Shown: positions 1 through 15,737, numbered from the stretch's first letter. The stretch: 64,000 bases of DNA from Hyaloraphidium curvatum SAG 235-1 (GCA_025558095.1 JAIVFI010000009.1:310001-374000), one strand, 5' to 3'. A program made the numbers and translations. Notes: generated from the letters alone by a model not told the origin.

Positions 1-1368
1 TGGCCGAAGCCAACGCGCAGTACGCGACGGGCGTCTACTTCCGACTGACGCAGGGCGGCGTGCTTCAGCACGTGCAGCCCGGGCAGCTCACGGACCTGCT
101 GCGGCGTACGCGTCTCCCGGACCCGGTCCTGGCGACAATGTGGCAGATTGCCAACCCGAACTCGCTCCCGCTGGACAAGGACGGCATTTCTGGAGTGCTG
201 AGGCTCGTGTCATGCTTCCAAAACCAGCTGGATTGGCAGACGCTGGCGCCCAGCGAGCCCGTGCCCCTGCCTCGGATCGACGGGCGAGTCGGAGTTTCGC
301 TCGGACGGGACGACGCGTCCTTACGCGTGTTGCTACCCTAGACTTCCAGCGGAGGACATTCTGCCGGCCAGGCTGCTGACGCAAATTAGCATTCAAGGCC
401 AGGCAACGAACGTCGGAGTTCGCGTCGAGGCCAAACCGATGCTTTCGGGCCAGGGTAACGCGTCCCGGACGTCGCTCAACTCGGAAGTCGCGATGGTTTG
501 TCGCGCCGTCGCTCGCCCTGCTCTGGCTTACCTTGGGGTGCTGCAGGAGGAGGCGGACTTCCGGCTGACGCCCGCCGAGAAGTTCGAGGCCGAGTCTGCC
601 TTCCAAAAGTACTCCAACGGAACGACGCATGTCCGCGTCGGCGGGCTTGAGGAGCTGTACCTCAAGTCCGGGCTCCAACGGACGGACTGGAACAAGGTGC
701 GGCAACGTGGGGTTCATTGGGGAGCCCGAGACTCACATTCAGCCCTTCATACAGATCTGCGAGCTCATCGACTGGCAAAAACTAGGCCAGATCGACCAGA
801 ATCAGATGTCATATCTCCTTCACCTCGTGAATGAGCGTAAACGAGGCCGCAGGCTGCCGACCTCCATTCCCAGCGACGTCATCCTTGCCATCTACCTGGG
901 CGCAAATAAGGGGTCCAGTGGTAGCTCGGGTGGGTGAAAAGGTGGCGTCCGCAAAGATCGTCAGTAACGTATGCCCCGAATGCGCCAGCCGGCGCCTCCG
1001 TCAGAACCGAGATGTCAGCAAAACCGTCCCAAGCTTCCATGTCCTCCCTCAGCAGTCTCACATCGTCTTCGTTCGAGTTGTCCGCCAATCCTGCGGATAA
1101 GAAGGAGCCCGCTTTGCCGCGGGAGGACGCGGCAAAATCCCCTGCTTCGCTTCCCAAGACCACGAGGGAGACTGTTGATTCCAGCGAATCGGACTTCCGA
1201 TCATTGTTGCGCTATGCGCAGGCAGAGAAGGACCAGCTGGGCCTCCATCATCAGGCATTGGAGCGAGAGCTGAAGGGTCTCCAGACCCAGGTCGACCTCT
1301 ACAGAAAGGAGCTCCTGCCCGCAGCGGAGCGAGGAACCCGTCTGCTGGAATCCCTGGGAATCCGATGA
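1..1368 (+). CDS. EH-domain (Eps15/Ede1-like) endocytic protein with C-terminal coiled coil; multi-exon, 5' end outside window
   Basis: Two EH-like segments (LRRTRLPDPVLATMWQIANP; LYLKSGLQRTDWNK|ICELIDWQKLGQIDQNQMSYLLHLV..LPTSIP), then a Ser-rich linker and coiled coil ending at TGA 1368. Confidence 0.7.
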
Positions 1369-1451
1369 CCATGTCGGTCAGCTGAAACAAATCCTTCTTG
1401 ACCGGCGGGCAACCATGGCCTGATTCGCGCGACCAAGTCAGGCTCCGCCAC

Positions 1452-2438
1452 TCATTCTTGCGCTTGCGCTGCCCGCCCTGTTCTGCGGTGCGGCTCCGTT
1501 TGACCAGCTCGGACCGGCTCTTCCTGCTCGCCGTTGTCTAAATCGGCGGGCGGCGGCGCGCCTTCGGGCTCGTCCGGCGGCGGGGGCGGGAGCAGGTCAC
1601 GAAGGCGGGAGCGTTCCTTGGCGAGTACCAGATCAAAATCTCGCCAAGCCAGATACGCCAGCGGCACGAGGACGAAGAAGGGGATCAGGTTCCCATAGAT
1701 GCAGCCGTAGGGTATGCTCGAGGAGAGAAAGAGTGTCGAATATGATGCTGTGAAGTGGGAAACCACCACCAGGGCAATGCGCGCCAGAGACCGCGTCCGA
1801 TACGCGTCAAAGGCCAGCATGGCCCACACTATGTTGAGCAGTATGAAGATGCCGGTTGTGAAGGCTGCGGTGCGACTTAGTCGCCTTACTCATGTGGGCG
1901 CGCCGGAACAACCCACCGGCGATGAACGCCATCGGCGTCTCCGGACACGGCCGAGAAAAGACGACGGCAGGTCCGATCGTGCTCACCAGAAGCGTCGTGT
2001 ATGTAACGAGGCCGTTGAACACCCCGAATCCATAGCCAGAAGTGCTGCAGCGCGTCGAACGAGGTGAGAACCTCAAGAATCAACCGAGATGACGCACGGA
2101 ACCCACAACGCGTGGACGGTTCCGTTTAGGAACGATCCCGGACCGTGGGTGGCGATGATGTTGAGCTCTCTCTCCGCCTGTCCCAGCAGCAGCCAGAAGC
2201 ACCACCTCGCGACCTCCTGGGTCGCCACTCCGGTGAAGATAGTCCACGGCTGCGAATCCCGCCAGGGTACGACCGCGAACCACAGGAGAGAAGCCAGGAG
2301 CGCGGACAAGAGCCATATGAACGCGCTGGCGAGAGTCAGGATAATGAGCGACGCGTGGCGTCCGATGTAGAAGGCCAGGATGGCGATCGACGGTCCAAAT
2401 GCGATGAGGAGATCGCCAAAGAATGAGAGGAGCGTCAT
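1452..2438 (-). CDS. APH1: gamma-secretase subunit APH-1 (multi-exon)
   Basis: MTLLSFFGDLLIAFGP..ASAFIWLLSALLASLLWF..QEVARW; SGYGFG GxxxG motif; conserved His residues in the later TM helices. Confidence 0.85.
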
Positions 2439-2450
2439 TGTGCCTCCTAG

Positions 2451-5380
<2,930 letters not shown>

Positions 5381-5393
5381 CCGCGCCCTCGCA

Positions 5394-7394
5394 CTACACA
5401 AGCCGCGACTTGATGTCGGCTGAAGCTCGGATTATGTCCTCCGGAGCTACCGCCGAAGGATCCTTCAGCGACTTAATGATGCGTTTTTGCTGGGCTTGGA
5501 GGAGCTTGAGCAGATCAGGGTCGACATGGCCATCGACCGAGGAGACGTGCGATAGAATTTTGGGCACGAAGCGACCCGAAGCGAGCAGGGGCTTTGTAGT
5601 CGCCCTCTGGAAAAGCAACAGAGCGGCGATGTGGAGCACGAGCGCGGGATCTTCCGCATCGTTCAGCTGTCTCTTCAGATCCGCCTCGACGTTCGCGAGC
5701 ACCGACCCCTCCGCATCGGGTCGCATACCGCCGTCGCCAAGGAGCTGGCTGCGAAGCGCCTTGAGCGCTTCCTGGTCGCCTTCCGCGATGGCTCGTCGAA
5801 GGTTGTCCGCCACCTCCGTCAGACCTGCTTCCTTCAACGACGCCGCAACCTTCTGCATGATGGGCGATTCCGACAAGACGACGAGCAGTGCAGCTCGTGT
5901 AGGCTCGTCGCGGAGCAGCATGGCTCCAGAGGCGTACATGTCCAGCTGAGTAAACGATCCCACGACCTCGGGGCTCGCGATTGCCGGCGCGCCGTCGCTG
6001 TTCCCGTGCACAACCGAGAGCGATCGAGAGGCCTCAACCGCCGCCTGCTCCAGAGCCGGCAGAAGGTGCTCCACAATGTCGTTAAGCAAGAGAACTGGCA
6101 CGGCGGGATAGAGTCCGTGCGCTGCTTCGTCCACCTGCTCCTGCTTGAGCATTTTGCCCGTGTCGGGCTTGGCTCTGCCGCCCTTTCCGCGCTGCGCGGC
6201 CCCCTTTTGCTGGCCAATCTTCGTCGCAAAGGGCTTCAAGCCTTCCGCGATCTGAGCGAGCAGCCTCGGATCCACAAGAAAGCTCCCGAGCCTCCGTCTC
6301 GATCCCAGCTTGGGGTCGCTTCCGCTCCACAGTTTTGCCAAGACGGGTTCTCGCTCGTCGGCGTCGTCCAGGACAAAAGGGCAGACTAGTGTAAGGTCGA
6401 CCCACCCCTTCTCCTCCAATGATTCATCCACTTCAGCTTGCATCCTGTCGACGAATGCCGAAGTAACGAGCGCGTTGGCCAGCATCGTCAGCTTGGCGTC
6501 CCCTGCCGCAAGGCGTTTGGCGTAATCGTGTGCCATGTAGATTGCCGACGCTTGCGGGGCTCGCAACATGTTCTGGTACTCAAGGTAGCCGATTGCTTCC
6601 AGATCGGCCACCACAGATGACTGCAGACTGGAAACCCAACGTTCCGGCACCCAAAACCCGCGGGCTACGGTGCCACCGGGTAGACCCCTCAGTTGTGCGT
6701 CGAACGCGGCTTTGGCCACGACCAAGCCTCGCTCCTCCAAACTCGATTGGAGCGCCGAAACAGCTATCGGGGTGTTCGCGTCCGACGTCAGCTGCTCGAG
6801 CAGGCGCGCCTGCTGGCCGAGTCCCGCGGCGGTGGCAATAAGTGTCTGGTCGCTTGGGTCGAGGCGCCCTACTGGAGCATCACCATCGTCCTCGGTCCCA
6901 GGCTTAAAGATGAGCCTCCCGAACAGGTCCGAAAGCGCGGAGGGTGCCAAGGTCGTGGACCGAAGGAACAGTCCGCGCGCTTGCAGCTTCTGCACGAGCT
7001 CCCCAAGCCTGAAATTGTTTGGATCCTCCTCCAGCATGTGCCTCAGCTCCTTCCGGACATTCGAAATCCAACTCGAGGACGCGACGCCGCCGGTCGAAAC
7101 GACGATCGACGGGGCGAGGGGTCCGGAGACCAGCCTGCGCAGAACCCGCTCGGAAACGCGCGTTACCGCCTCCAGCTCCTTCCAGGATGCCACACCTCGC
7201 GCATCGCGCGGCCGTGGCGCGTCTGACGCGTCGCGGATGCCCAAGTAGTTCTTCAGATCCGTCGCGAGGCATCCCACGGTGACCAGCCCCGATCCATCGA
7301 CTGTTTCAAGGAGCTGCCGCGGATCCGAAAGCGGTGCATTCGGTGGCGGCGACGCCGAGGCTAGGAGAAAGCTGGCGAGCGCGTCTTGGGCCAT
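5394..7394 (-). CDS. UFL1: E3 UFM1-protein ligase 1 (UFL1)-like, divergent
   Basis: 666-aa ORF; C-terminal LKRQLNDAEDPALVLHIAALLLFQ..LLASGRFVPKIL resembles the UFL1 C-terminus; N-terminal LLETVDGSGLVT resembles the UFL1 N-terminal motif. Confidence 0.7.
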   Translation of the reverse strand: MAQDALASFLLASASPPPNAPLSDPRQLLETVDGSGLVTVGCLATDLKNYLGIRDASDAPRPRDARGVASWKELEAVTRVSERVLRRLVSGPLAPSIVVSTGGVASSSWISNVRKELRHMLEEDPNNFRLGELVQKLQARGLFLRSTTLAPSALSDLFGRLIFKPGTEDDGDAPVGRLDPSDQTLIATAAGLGQQARLLEQLTSDANTPIAVSALQSSLEERGLVVAKAAFDAQLRGLPGGTVARGFWVPERWVSSLQSSVVADLEAIGYLEYQNMLRAPQASAIYMAHDYAKRLAAGDAKLTMLANALVTSAFVDRMQAEVDESLEEKGWVDLTLVCPFVLDDADEREPVLAKLWSGSDPKLGSRRRLGSFLVDPRLLAQIAEGLKPFATKIGQQKGAAQRGKGGRAKPDTGKMLKQEQVDEAAHGLYPAVPVLLLNDIVEHLLPALEQAAVEASRSLSVVHGNSDGAPAIASPEVVGSFTQLDMYASGAMLLRDEPTRAALLVVLSESPIMQKVAASLKEAGLTEVADNLRRAIAEGDQEALKALRSQLLGDGGMRPDAEGSVLANVEADLKRQLNDAEDPALVLHIAALLLFQRATTKPLLASGRFVPKILSHVSSVDGHVDPDLLKLLQAQQKRIIKSLKDPSAVAPEDIIRASADIKSRLV

Positions 7395-7468
7395 GTGGCG
7401 GGCGGCGGGGGATCATCATCCGACTTCGGACCATCCAAAAGACCGCTCCCGTTTCTCCCCGTTGAGAG

Positions 7469-8870
7469 ATGGCGACGTACAACTTCGAAGACTTTATCGT
7501 CGAATGTCAGTGTTAAGGACCGACTTTCCGCTGTCGTAGACGACGGGTCGCGCAGCAGTTGCAGCGCTCTGTCTCCCGATCCTCTCTCCAGCTTCCCATG
7601 CTGGGCCCGTAGTGGATCGCGCTACCCGGCTCCCATCCGGCAATATAGCGCTTGGGAGCTTTCAGTTCTCACGGACGTGCCTCCGGGATCGCGGCGAGGC
7701 CGCCTCGCGCAACAGTTGCCGAATCAGCATCCCAGATGTTGATCACACTTTCCCGCCCAGTGGACCTTCCGAATGCCATCGGCATCGTCAAGTTGAATCG
7801 CCCGGACAGTGCAAATGCGTGGCGCAACAAAACAATCCGGGAGTTCTCGCAATGCCTGAATGCGTAGGAGCCACTCCGGAGCCACCCTGAGCACCACTTA
7901 GGCGCAGAACCCGACCGAATCAGGTTTGACAACGACGATCGGATCCGTTGCATTGTGTTTGGAGCCACGGGGAAGATCTTTAGCGCCGGGTTTGGTGCGT
8001 GTCTCGTTCGGACGCCTCCGCCCACCCCGCTCACCCCCCTTCCCCTCCCAAACTCACGCCGTAAACCTAAAACACCCAGATTTGAAGTTAGAAGGCTTCG
8101 AGCAATTGAAGGACACGCAGAACCGCACCGCAACCGAGGAGAAAGCGACGCCCTCGGTCAGCTCGTTCATCGCGGGCACGCGGAAGCCGATCGTGACTGC
8201 GTAAGTGCCCTGTGATGCGTCCTGATCATATCTTACCCTCTCCTCATCAGAATTCAAGGCGCTGCGGTGGGAATGGGTATTACAGTGCCTTGTCTGACAG
8301 ACATAAGGGTTGCTTGGGAGGACGCCAAGATCGGCTTCGTGTTTGCCCGAAGGGCCATCGTTCCCGAAGCCGCTTCATCCTACGTCGTTCCGCGCCTCAT
8401 CGGGTACTCGCGGACGATGGAGCTCTTCCTTACCGGAGAGATCATCCCTGCCAAGGACGAGCGGCTGTCGCCCATGTTCAACCGGCTCGTCAAGAGGCCG
8501 GAAGATGCCCTGCCGACGGCCATCGAGATTGCGAAAATGATCGCCCAGAACTGCCACCCGATCTCCGCTGCATTTGTCAAGGGTCTCGTCTGGCATGGTA
8601 TGTCTATAGGTCTCATGCAGAGAACCCGAGCGCTGATTGTCCGTCACCCGACCGCTGATTGTCCATCACGCAGATGCTGGTAGCGTTGTTGGGCAGACGA
8701 AGCTCGAAGGGATGGCTCTCCAGCATCTCTCGGCCCTCGGCGAGGCTGGCGAGGCTGGCCGCGCGTTCGTTGAGAAGCGCCCGCCCGTCTTCAAGGCATC
8801 CGTAGCCAAAGACATGCCTTCGTGGTTCCCTTGGTGGAATGCGGATGGCACTCCCAAGAACAAGCTGTAG
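7469..8870 (+). CDS. enoyl-CoA hydratase/isomerase (crotonase family), possibly peroxisomal
   Basis: IVKLNRPDSANAW, FGATGKIFSAG, KPIVTA..GMGIT..DIRVAWEDAKIGFVFARRAIVPEAASSY; C-terminal -NKL resembles a PTS1 signal. Confidence 0.88.
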
Positions 8871-9094
8871 ACCATTTTGTAGGCAGGACTGCTCACGAGT
8901 TACCAACGCATGACCCCTCACACGAATTAACAAGTTCTAGACAAAGATTTGTAGTTCAATGGTCAAAAGCTCGTGCTGGACCATCCGTACGTTTGTAGGT
9001 AGAAAAGGAATGTTTCATGAGGAAGAGAAGCTAGACGAGAGAAAGCGGATGCTGATGCCAGGGAAGAGTTCGGAGTCGGAGTTCGGGCTGTGTG

Positions 9095-9128
9095 CACAGC
9101 CGCAAACTCATTCACAGCCGCAAACTCA
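9095..9128. repeat. 18-bp-period tandem duplication (CACAGCCGCAAACTCA x2)
   Basis: Direct repeat at 9095-9110 and 9113-9128. Confidence 0.8.
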
Positions 9129-9279
9129 GACCAGGAATCAACACCTTCTCACTGACGCGAAGGCGAGGCTGAGCACCGGCATCTCGCGGAGCCTGACTCC
9201 GAGAGCTGCTCAAATTCTGGCGGGCGGGGACGAGGAGGCCGGACCGGCCGGCTGCGAGCATTGACTCCCGCAGCGGAGA

Positions 9280-10545
9280 ATGGCGGAGAACTCAACGCTC
9301 GGGCGCTGCTTTGCCTCCGAGGATGGAACAGCCTTCAAACCTGACTCTCCGTTCTACGGGACCCAAATGTTTGCATGGGTGGCGACCATGCTCTTTTCGG
9401 TGGTCGCGACTGCCTTCAGTGTCCGCCTCATGCTGGACCACTTCAAACGCTACCACCGACCGGAACTCCAGAGGCACGTCATCCGCCTGGTGCTCATGGT
9501 CCCATTGTTCGCGACACTGTCGTGCATATCTTTCCGACTTCTGCGCGAGAGCGCCTACCTGGACGTCTTGCGGGATGCATACGAGGCGGTCGCTCTCTAT
9601 TCATTCTACTGCTTCATGGTGACGTGCCTTGGCCCCGACGAGGAGAGCCAACGAGCGCGTTTCGCGGGCCAGCCGAACCGAGCGTTTCCGTTCCCCTTTG
9701 GATGCATGTCATACAACCCGAGAGGCCACGCTTTCCTCGTAAACACGAAAATCCTGCTCCTTCAGTACCCGGTGTCCCGCACGGTGCTTACGGTGATAGC
9801 GTTGATCCTCCACGCTCGCGGATTCTTTTGCGAGGAGACGTTTAGTCCCCTGCGCTTTAGATTCTGGTTCGTGGTCCTCAACTTTTCTTCTAGTACGATC
9901 ACCCTCTACGCCCTCTTGGTGCTCAACAGCAATACGCACGAGACCCTGCGTGACCACAAACCGCTCTACAAGGTGATTTCCCGCCTCGGTATCCTCGTTC
10001 GCCCTGCCTGACAAAGTTTGCTCGCAGTTCTTGTCAATCAAATTCATCGTAAGAGGCGCTTTGGGCTACACGTGCCGCGGCGCACACTGAAGCTGTCCAT
10101 ATAGGTCTTCCTTTCGTACTGGCAGGCCTTCCTGCTTTCGGGGCTTGGCAGGGCGCACCTGCTCACCGGCTGGGGTTACGAGAAACCGCTGAACCTTGAG
10201 AAGAGCATCCAGAGCTTCCTCATCTGCCGCTTTCCTCCTCTCCCCCCCCCCCCTCGTCGGTGACGGCTTGCTGGATTCGCTGAACGTCCGTGATATCATC
10301 CAAGATGGCGAGTGCCTCGGCAGTTGTGCAGAAAAGGGCTGACTTTATCGACAGTGCAATCAGCGCCCGGCACGGTCCGAGACCTGGCGGCATATCGGCG
10401 CGACAAACGGGCCTACAGGGAGATCAAGGAAATCGACGAAGCCTTCGACGATGCGACGATTCAGAGATCGAACGGCGAGTTTGGATCGCTGGATGACTTT
10501 GAACTCGAGCTGCAAACCGAGGCGCAACGGCAAATCAAGTTGTAG
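9280..10545 (+). CDS. organic solute transporter Ost-alpha / TMEM184 family membrane protein
   Basis: HFKRYHRPELQRHVIRLVLMVP..RDAYEAVALYSFY..KPLYK|FLSIKFI; 3' exon structure uncertain. Confidence 0.85.
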
Positions 10546-10552
10546 ATTCACA

Positions 10553-11988
10553 CTACACCTCCTTTTTCGGCTTTGCCTTTGCATCCGTCCCGCCGGACAA
10601 GCCCTTAGACAGTTTCGAGTCCTTGGTGGCCTTCTGCGGCGCTTTACTCGAGCCCGCACCAGGCTTGCCAGCCTCTGCCTCATGGATTCGCCGCTTCTTA
10701 TGCGACTTCACGTCCTTTACCCTGTCCGCTTCCACTGGCCGTTTTCCGGGTGCTTTGGCTCCCGTAGGCTTCTTCTCCTTCTTCACTTGCCGCTCCTCAA
10801 GAACAATGGGCGGCAGGGAGATATCCTCGTCCTCGTCCGAAAACTCTTCGTCCCCGGAGTCGCTCGCCCCGTCGACATCCGCCGCAGCTTCCAAAGCGTC
10901 GTCATTCCGCTTCATCTCGTCCTGCTGCTCATCCACGGCCTTCCGCTTCTTCTTGTCGGTGGCAATGTTGTCGGGGAGGGAGTGGTAAAGAGGGATGGCC
11001 ACAGACTCGGTCGTCTTCAAGTGAATCGACTGGATGTTCTTCCATTTCCGCGGGATCTTGGCAATGGCCTCGGGAATGCCGCTCATGACGTTATCCACAA
11101 TCTCCTCTGCAGACTGAGCCGTGTTGGCGATCTTGATCGCGCTGGGTATAGAAATAAGGGCCCAATCGACATGGCAACGAGCTCAATAAGGGTTCACCTC
11201 GACGAACCCTTGCCGAAAAAGAGGTAGGTGGCGTCGCGGGCCGCCGTGATCTCCTTGACGAGATCCGGCTTCGTCAGATCGACCGAGACGGGTTGCCTAG
11301 GCACAGCTAGTGTGAGATGGTCGCGACTCTCACGAACGAGGCAAGCCTTCACTTCTTCTTCTCGAAGAACGTCTTGCCCAAGAGCGGAGGCAGGAGCGGG
11401 ATCACGCGGTCGTCGGAAAGAAACAGGTCATACGACTTGCAAAGCAGCCGCTTGGCTTCGTACGGCTTGAATTTTGCCCTCAGCTTCGAAACCCCTAGGA
11501 CCTGCATCGCCAGAGAGTTGGCCCCATCGCTAGGAAAGCTGGAGCTCCTCACCTTGTGGACGAGCTGCCGCGCACCCTTCGCTTCCAGCAGGTCCTTGTA
11601 TTCCCTCTGAGGATCCTTGGTGATGAGGCAGATTTCGGCATCCTCCTTTATGAAGGGGTGTTCCACGGGTCTAGAAGGGGGGGATCAGCAGGTCGTTCCC
11701 GCAGCCCCAGAACGTGCCCACATCTGAATAGGCTTGACGTTGGCCTTGTCCGGAATCTTCTTCAGCGCAAGAATGACAAAGACAAAGTCGGCCTCGGGCA
11801 GTAGCTCGTTCACGTCTTTCTCCTTGGACCGCCTCTCGACAAAGGCGAGGAGGGCCTTGACCGCTTTCCTGACCTGCCGACGCCCGGTCTGAGCCACCGC
11901 AGCGTCCACATCGCCGGTTCCAGTCACGAACCTGCTGTCCGTCCAGCGGGTTCTCCGCCGCAGCCGCCGGAGGAGCTGCGTTGGCCAT
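10553..11988 (-). CDS. ribosomal L1 domain-containing protein (RSL1D1/Utp30/Cic1-like)
   Basis: EICLITKDPQ..KLRAKFKPYEAKRLLCKSYDLFLSDDRVIPLLPPLLGKTFF..KWKNIQSIHLKTTESVAIPLY; Lys-rich tail. Confidence 0.9.
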
Positions 11989-12062
11989 TGTTTGTTGGTT
12001 TCCAATCAAGTGGCATCGTGCGAAAACAATAACAACGGATAGCGTCGCTTCCTTTTCCCGCC

Positions 12063-15000
12063 ATGACGACCGGCGAGGAGGGCGAACGCCCGGCGACGAT
12101 CTTGGAGCTCTTTTGGGACCTCGCCTCGTTGGATGCCGCGGTCCGTTTGGCCGCCGCGGAGAAGCTGGTGACCGCCCTCGACGGTTTCCAGCAGGACTTT
12201 GAGCCGGCCGAACCCTCGGACGACGAGTCCGAGGAAGAAAGCGGCGCTGATGCGGTGGCCAAGGCCAAGAAGGCCGAACGGACCTTGGACGCGCTGTGCG
12301 CCCCGGACGTCTCCTACTCGGTCAAGCGGCTGATCCGCGGCCTCCCCTCCTCGCGCGAAGGTGCGAGGCAGGGATTCGCCGTGGCCCTCACAGAGCTGCT
12401 GGCCAAGCTCCCATATCTCTCTCTTGGCACTGTTCTGGACCTGTTGGCAAAGTACACGGCCACGACGGGTGCCATGAAAGGCCAGGAGGAGAAGGAAATG
12501 CTCCTCGGCCGCCTGTTCTGTGCCATGGCCATCGTGGAGGCTCGGGTTCCCGGACGGCGTGACACGAGCGAGGCCGACATTGTCCGCCTCGTCGAGCTCC
12601 TCCTTGCCTGCGCCAGTGCGAAGAGCTACCTGATCGAGCCTGCCTACGCCGTTCTCGTGATGCTCCTGGATCAGATGAAGGCGAGGGGCGATTCGTCGAC
12701 GGAGCTCGCGGACAAGGTGGTCCGCACGGTGCTGAAGGACGGTTTGCCCACATTCGAAGACGTTTGGTTCGCCGTCGAGGCCCAGCGGACGTTTCCAGAC
12801 CTTGACTGGCCTGGGATCATTCCCACCCTGAAAAAGGGCAGGCCTCTCCACCCTGCCAGCCTTTCTCAGGTCATCGACATCTTTATGGAGTCTTCGCACG
12901 TCCATCCGCGCCTGCATAGGGGATGGGAGACCATCTTGGACCTTGTTTTGGCGGCGGGATCGGTTGCGGGCGAGGACTCGTCGCCCAGGAAGGAAAAGAA
13001 GTCCAAGGGCAAGGTGATCGGCCTCGACGAGTTTTGGAACCAGCTCGTTGAAGGTGTGATCCCTGGGTTTCTGTGATTTCGGAGTTCGTGCTCACCCCTT
13101 GCTTCCAGAGCGCCTGTTCAACTCCTCACACGAGCGCAAGTTCCTGGCCCTCCGTCTCTTTGAGAAGCTCCTCCCGCGCCTGACCCCGGAGCAGATCCCG
13201 CGCGTGTTCACCCCCAACTTCCTCCGCACGCTCGCCAACAACATGGGCGACGCCTCCAACTACCTCCACAAGGCCGCGCACCACGCGGTACGGGCCGTGC
13301 TGGAGGCCACCAAGGAGCGCCGCCACCTGGCAGTGCCCTTTGCCACGCGGCTGCTCTCAGCCAACCCCTCGTTCGACCGTAAGAGCCGGAGCAAGACGGC
13401 TGAGGCGCTCGTGGCGGCCATGGACCCCGAGGGCTCGGCCGAGTTCGCGGGCTACCTCAGGCGGGACTTCCTGCGCCCGCCCGAGGGCGGGTTGGGCACG
13501 GACGCGCACAGGCGGTGGTGTGCGGACCAAATGGCCGCGCTCGTGCGGGCCAGGCGGGCGGCGCTGCCGCGCGAGGCGGCCGCCGCGACGCTGCGGTTCT
13601 TGTTTGCCTGCGGGCTGGTCGAGACGGACGATCTCCCCGCCGAGACGGCCGAGGAACTGCTTGGCGATGCCGAGGGCCCGGAACCCGCCCTTTCGGCAGA
13701 TTCGAGGGCCGCGAGCAGGGACCGGTTCCTCGCCGCGCTCTCGGAGCTGTGTACCCCGCAGCACACGGGCGGCAAGGGTCCCGCCGCTGACCCCGCTGAG
13801 GATGCGGGCCCCGCGGAAGAGAGGCCCGCGGCCTACTGGGCTCGGGAGATGTGCGCCTTTGCTGCGGACATCGAGGCCCGCGAGGGCGTCGAGCTGCTCC
13901 GCCCGCTGTCCGAAGCCGCAGCCGAGGCGCGCAAGCGCGGCACCAAGCTTGTCAAACGAATCCGCGAGCGCCTCGCGGCCGGCCCGGGCAAGGCCGAGGC
14001 TTCGCAGCTAGCCGCGCTCGAGATGCTGGTGCTGCACATGGTCCTGCAGCTCTACTTTGAGCCCAAGGAGGCGCAGGACCTGCTCGGCGAGCTGGAGGAA
14101 TGCTTCCAGAAGGGCTTGTCGGACAAGGCGGTCCCGCGCAAGCGCAAGTCGGCCGAGATGGAGGACGGGGCCGACGGCGCCTCGCCGCAGTCTGTGGAGG
14201 TGATCGTCGACATTGTTCTCAGCCTGCTCTCGCGGCCTTCGGCCTTGCTGCGCAACGTGGCCGAGCAGGCCTTCCGCGCGTTTTCGGCGGGGCTTACCCC
14301 GGCGGCGGTGGACCTGGTGCTGGCGGTGTTGGAGGCCAAGGATGGCGCCGCAGATGGCGTCGTGGAGTTGACGGACGACGAGGATGAGGAGGATGGGGGC
14401 GAGGAGGACGACATGGAAGTGGACGAGGAAGATGGGGCGTCGGAGTCCGGATCGTCTTCGGGCGGATCTGAAGTGGACAGCAATGACGAAGAAGAAGGGG
14501 ACGGCGAGGAGAACGGGGTGCTGGACCAGGAGCTACAGCAGCTGCGCGCGGACCTCGCCAAGGCCATGGACGCCGAGGATCTGATCGCTTCCGGCGACGA
14601 GGGCTCGGACGCCGAGAGCGAGGACATGGACGACGATCAGATGGCGGCGTTCGACGAGAAGCTGGCCGAGGTGTTCCGCAACCGCAAGAGCGCCAAGGGC
14701 GAGCGCCAGAGTGGGTCATCCGCGGGCCAGGGATCCTCGCATTTGGCTGACGCATGCCTGCAACAGACGCCAAGAAGCAGCTCGTCCACTTCAAGCTCCG
14801 CGCCCTGGACCTCCTCGACATCCACTTCCGCCGCACCCCCGACTCCCCTCTGGCGCTGCGCTGCGCCGTCTCCCTCCTCGAATCCCTCCGCCGCACCCCC
14901 ACGGACGCCGCCTCGGCACCCCTGCGGGACAAGCTCTCCTCCCTCCTCCGCAACCGCGTCCTCAAGGCCAAACCCGCGCGCGACCCCACCCTCGCTTCGG

Positions 15001-15737
15001 ACGCCGAGTCGGCCCTCTCGCGCGCCCTCGAGCTGGCGTCCCGCGCGCCCGACGCCCCCTTCGCCTCGCTCTGCTCCTCCGCCTGCCTCCTCGCCCTTCG
15101 GCAGTGCGATCCCGCCGCCGGCGCCCGCGCCTACGCGGGCGCGCTGGCCGCATTTGTTTCGGGCAAGGGCGGATACCGCGCCGCGCTGTTCCTCAACCTC
15201 GCGGAGCGCAACCCGCCCGCGGCGTGGGCGGTGCTCAGGGAGGCGGCGGGGGGATTGGGGAGGGGGAAGGGGTATCCCCTCGCGCAGGCGTACGGGTTCG
15301 CGGCGGCGGCGTTCCAGAGGCTGCCCAAGGAGGTGGGCTGCGCTGCGCTCGGAGGGCGATCGGGTGCTGATCGGTTGCCGCAGGCGTCCGAGGAGGAGAA
15401 GGAGGCAGCCATCGGAGTGCTGCGGGAGCTGGCCGGTGCCGCGGCCGAGGCGTTTTCGGGTGGCCAGAAGGGGAAGGAAGCGGCGGGCAAAAAGGACAAG
15501 AAGGACAAGAAGGCGAAAAAGGCCGCGGACGCCGAGTCGCCCGCGGTCCCCGCGCTGCCCGCCGAGCGGCGCAAGGAGATACTCAAGCACCTCCTTGCCA
15601 TGGCGCGGCGGGCGCGCAACCTGCTCGGCGACGGGTGGGAGGCGGCCAAGGGGTCGCTTGGGCTGGACAAAGCCGCGGCGGCGGCGGGATCGGAGGACAA
15701 GGTGCGGGGGCTGGCGGGGCAGCTGGCCGGGCTGTGA
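12063..15737 (+). CDS. POL5: DNA polymerase phi / MYBBP1A (rRNA synthesis factor)
   Basis: FWDLASLD..YSVKRLIRGLPSSREGARQGFAVALTELL; SSHERKFLA; MDDDQMAAFDEKLAEVFR; HFKLRALDLL. Confidence 0.92.
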
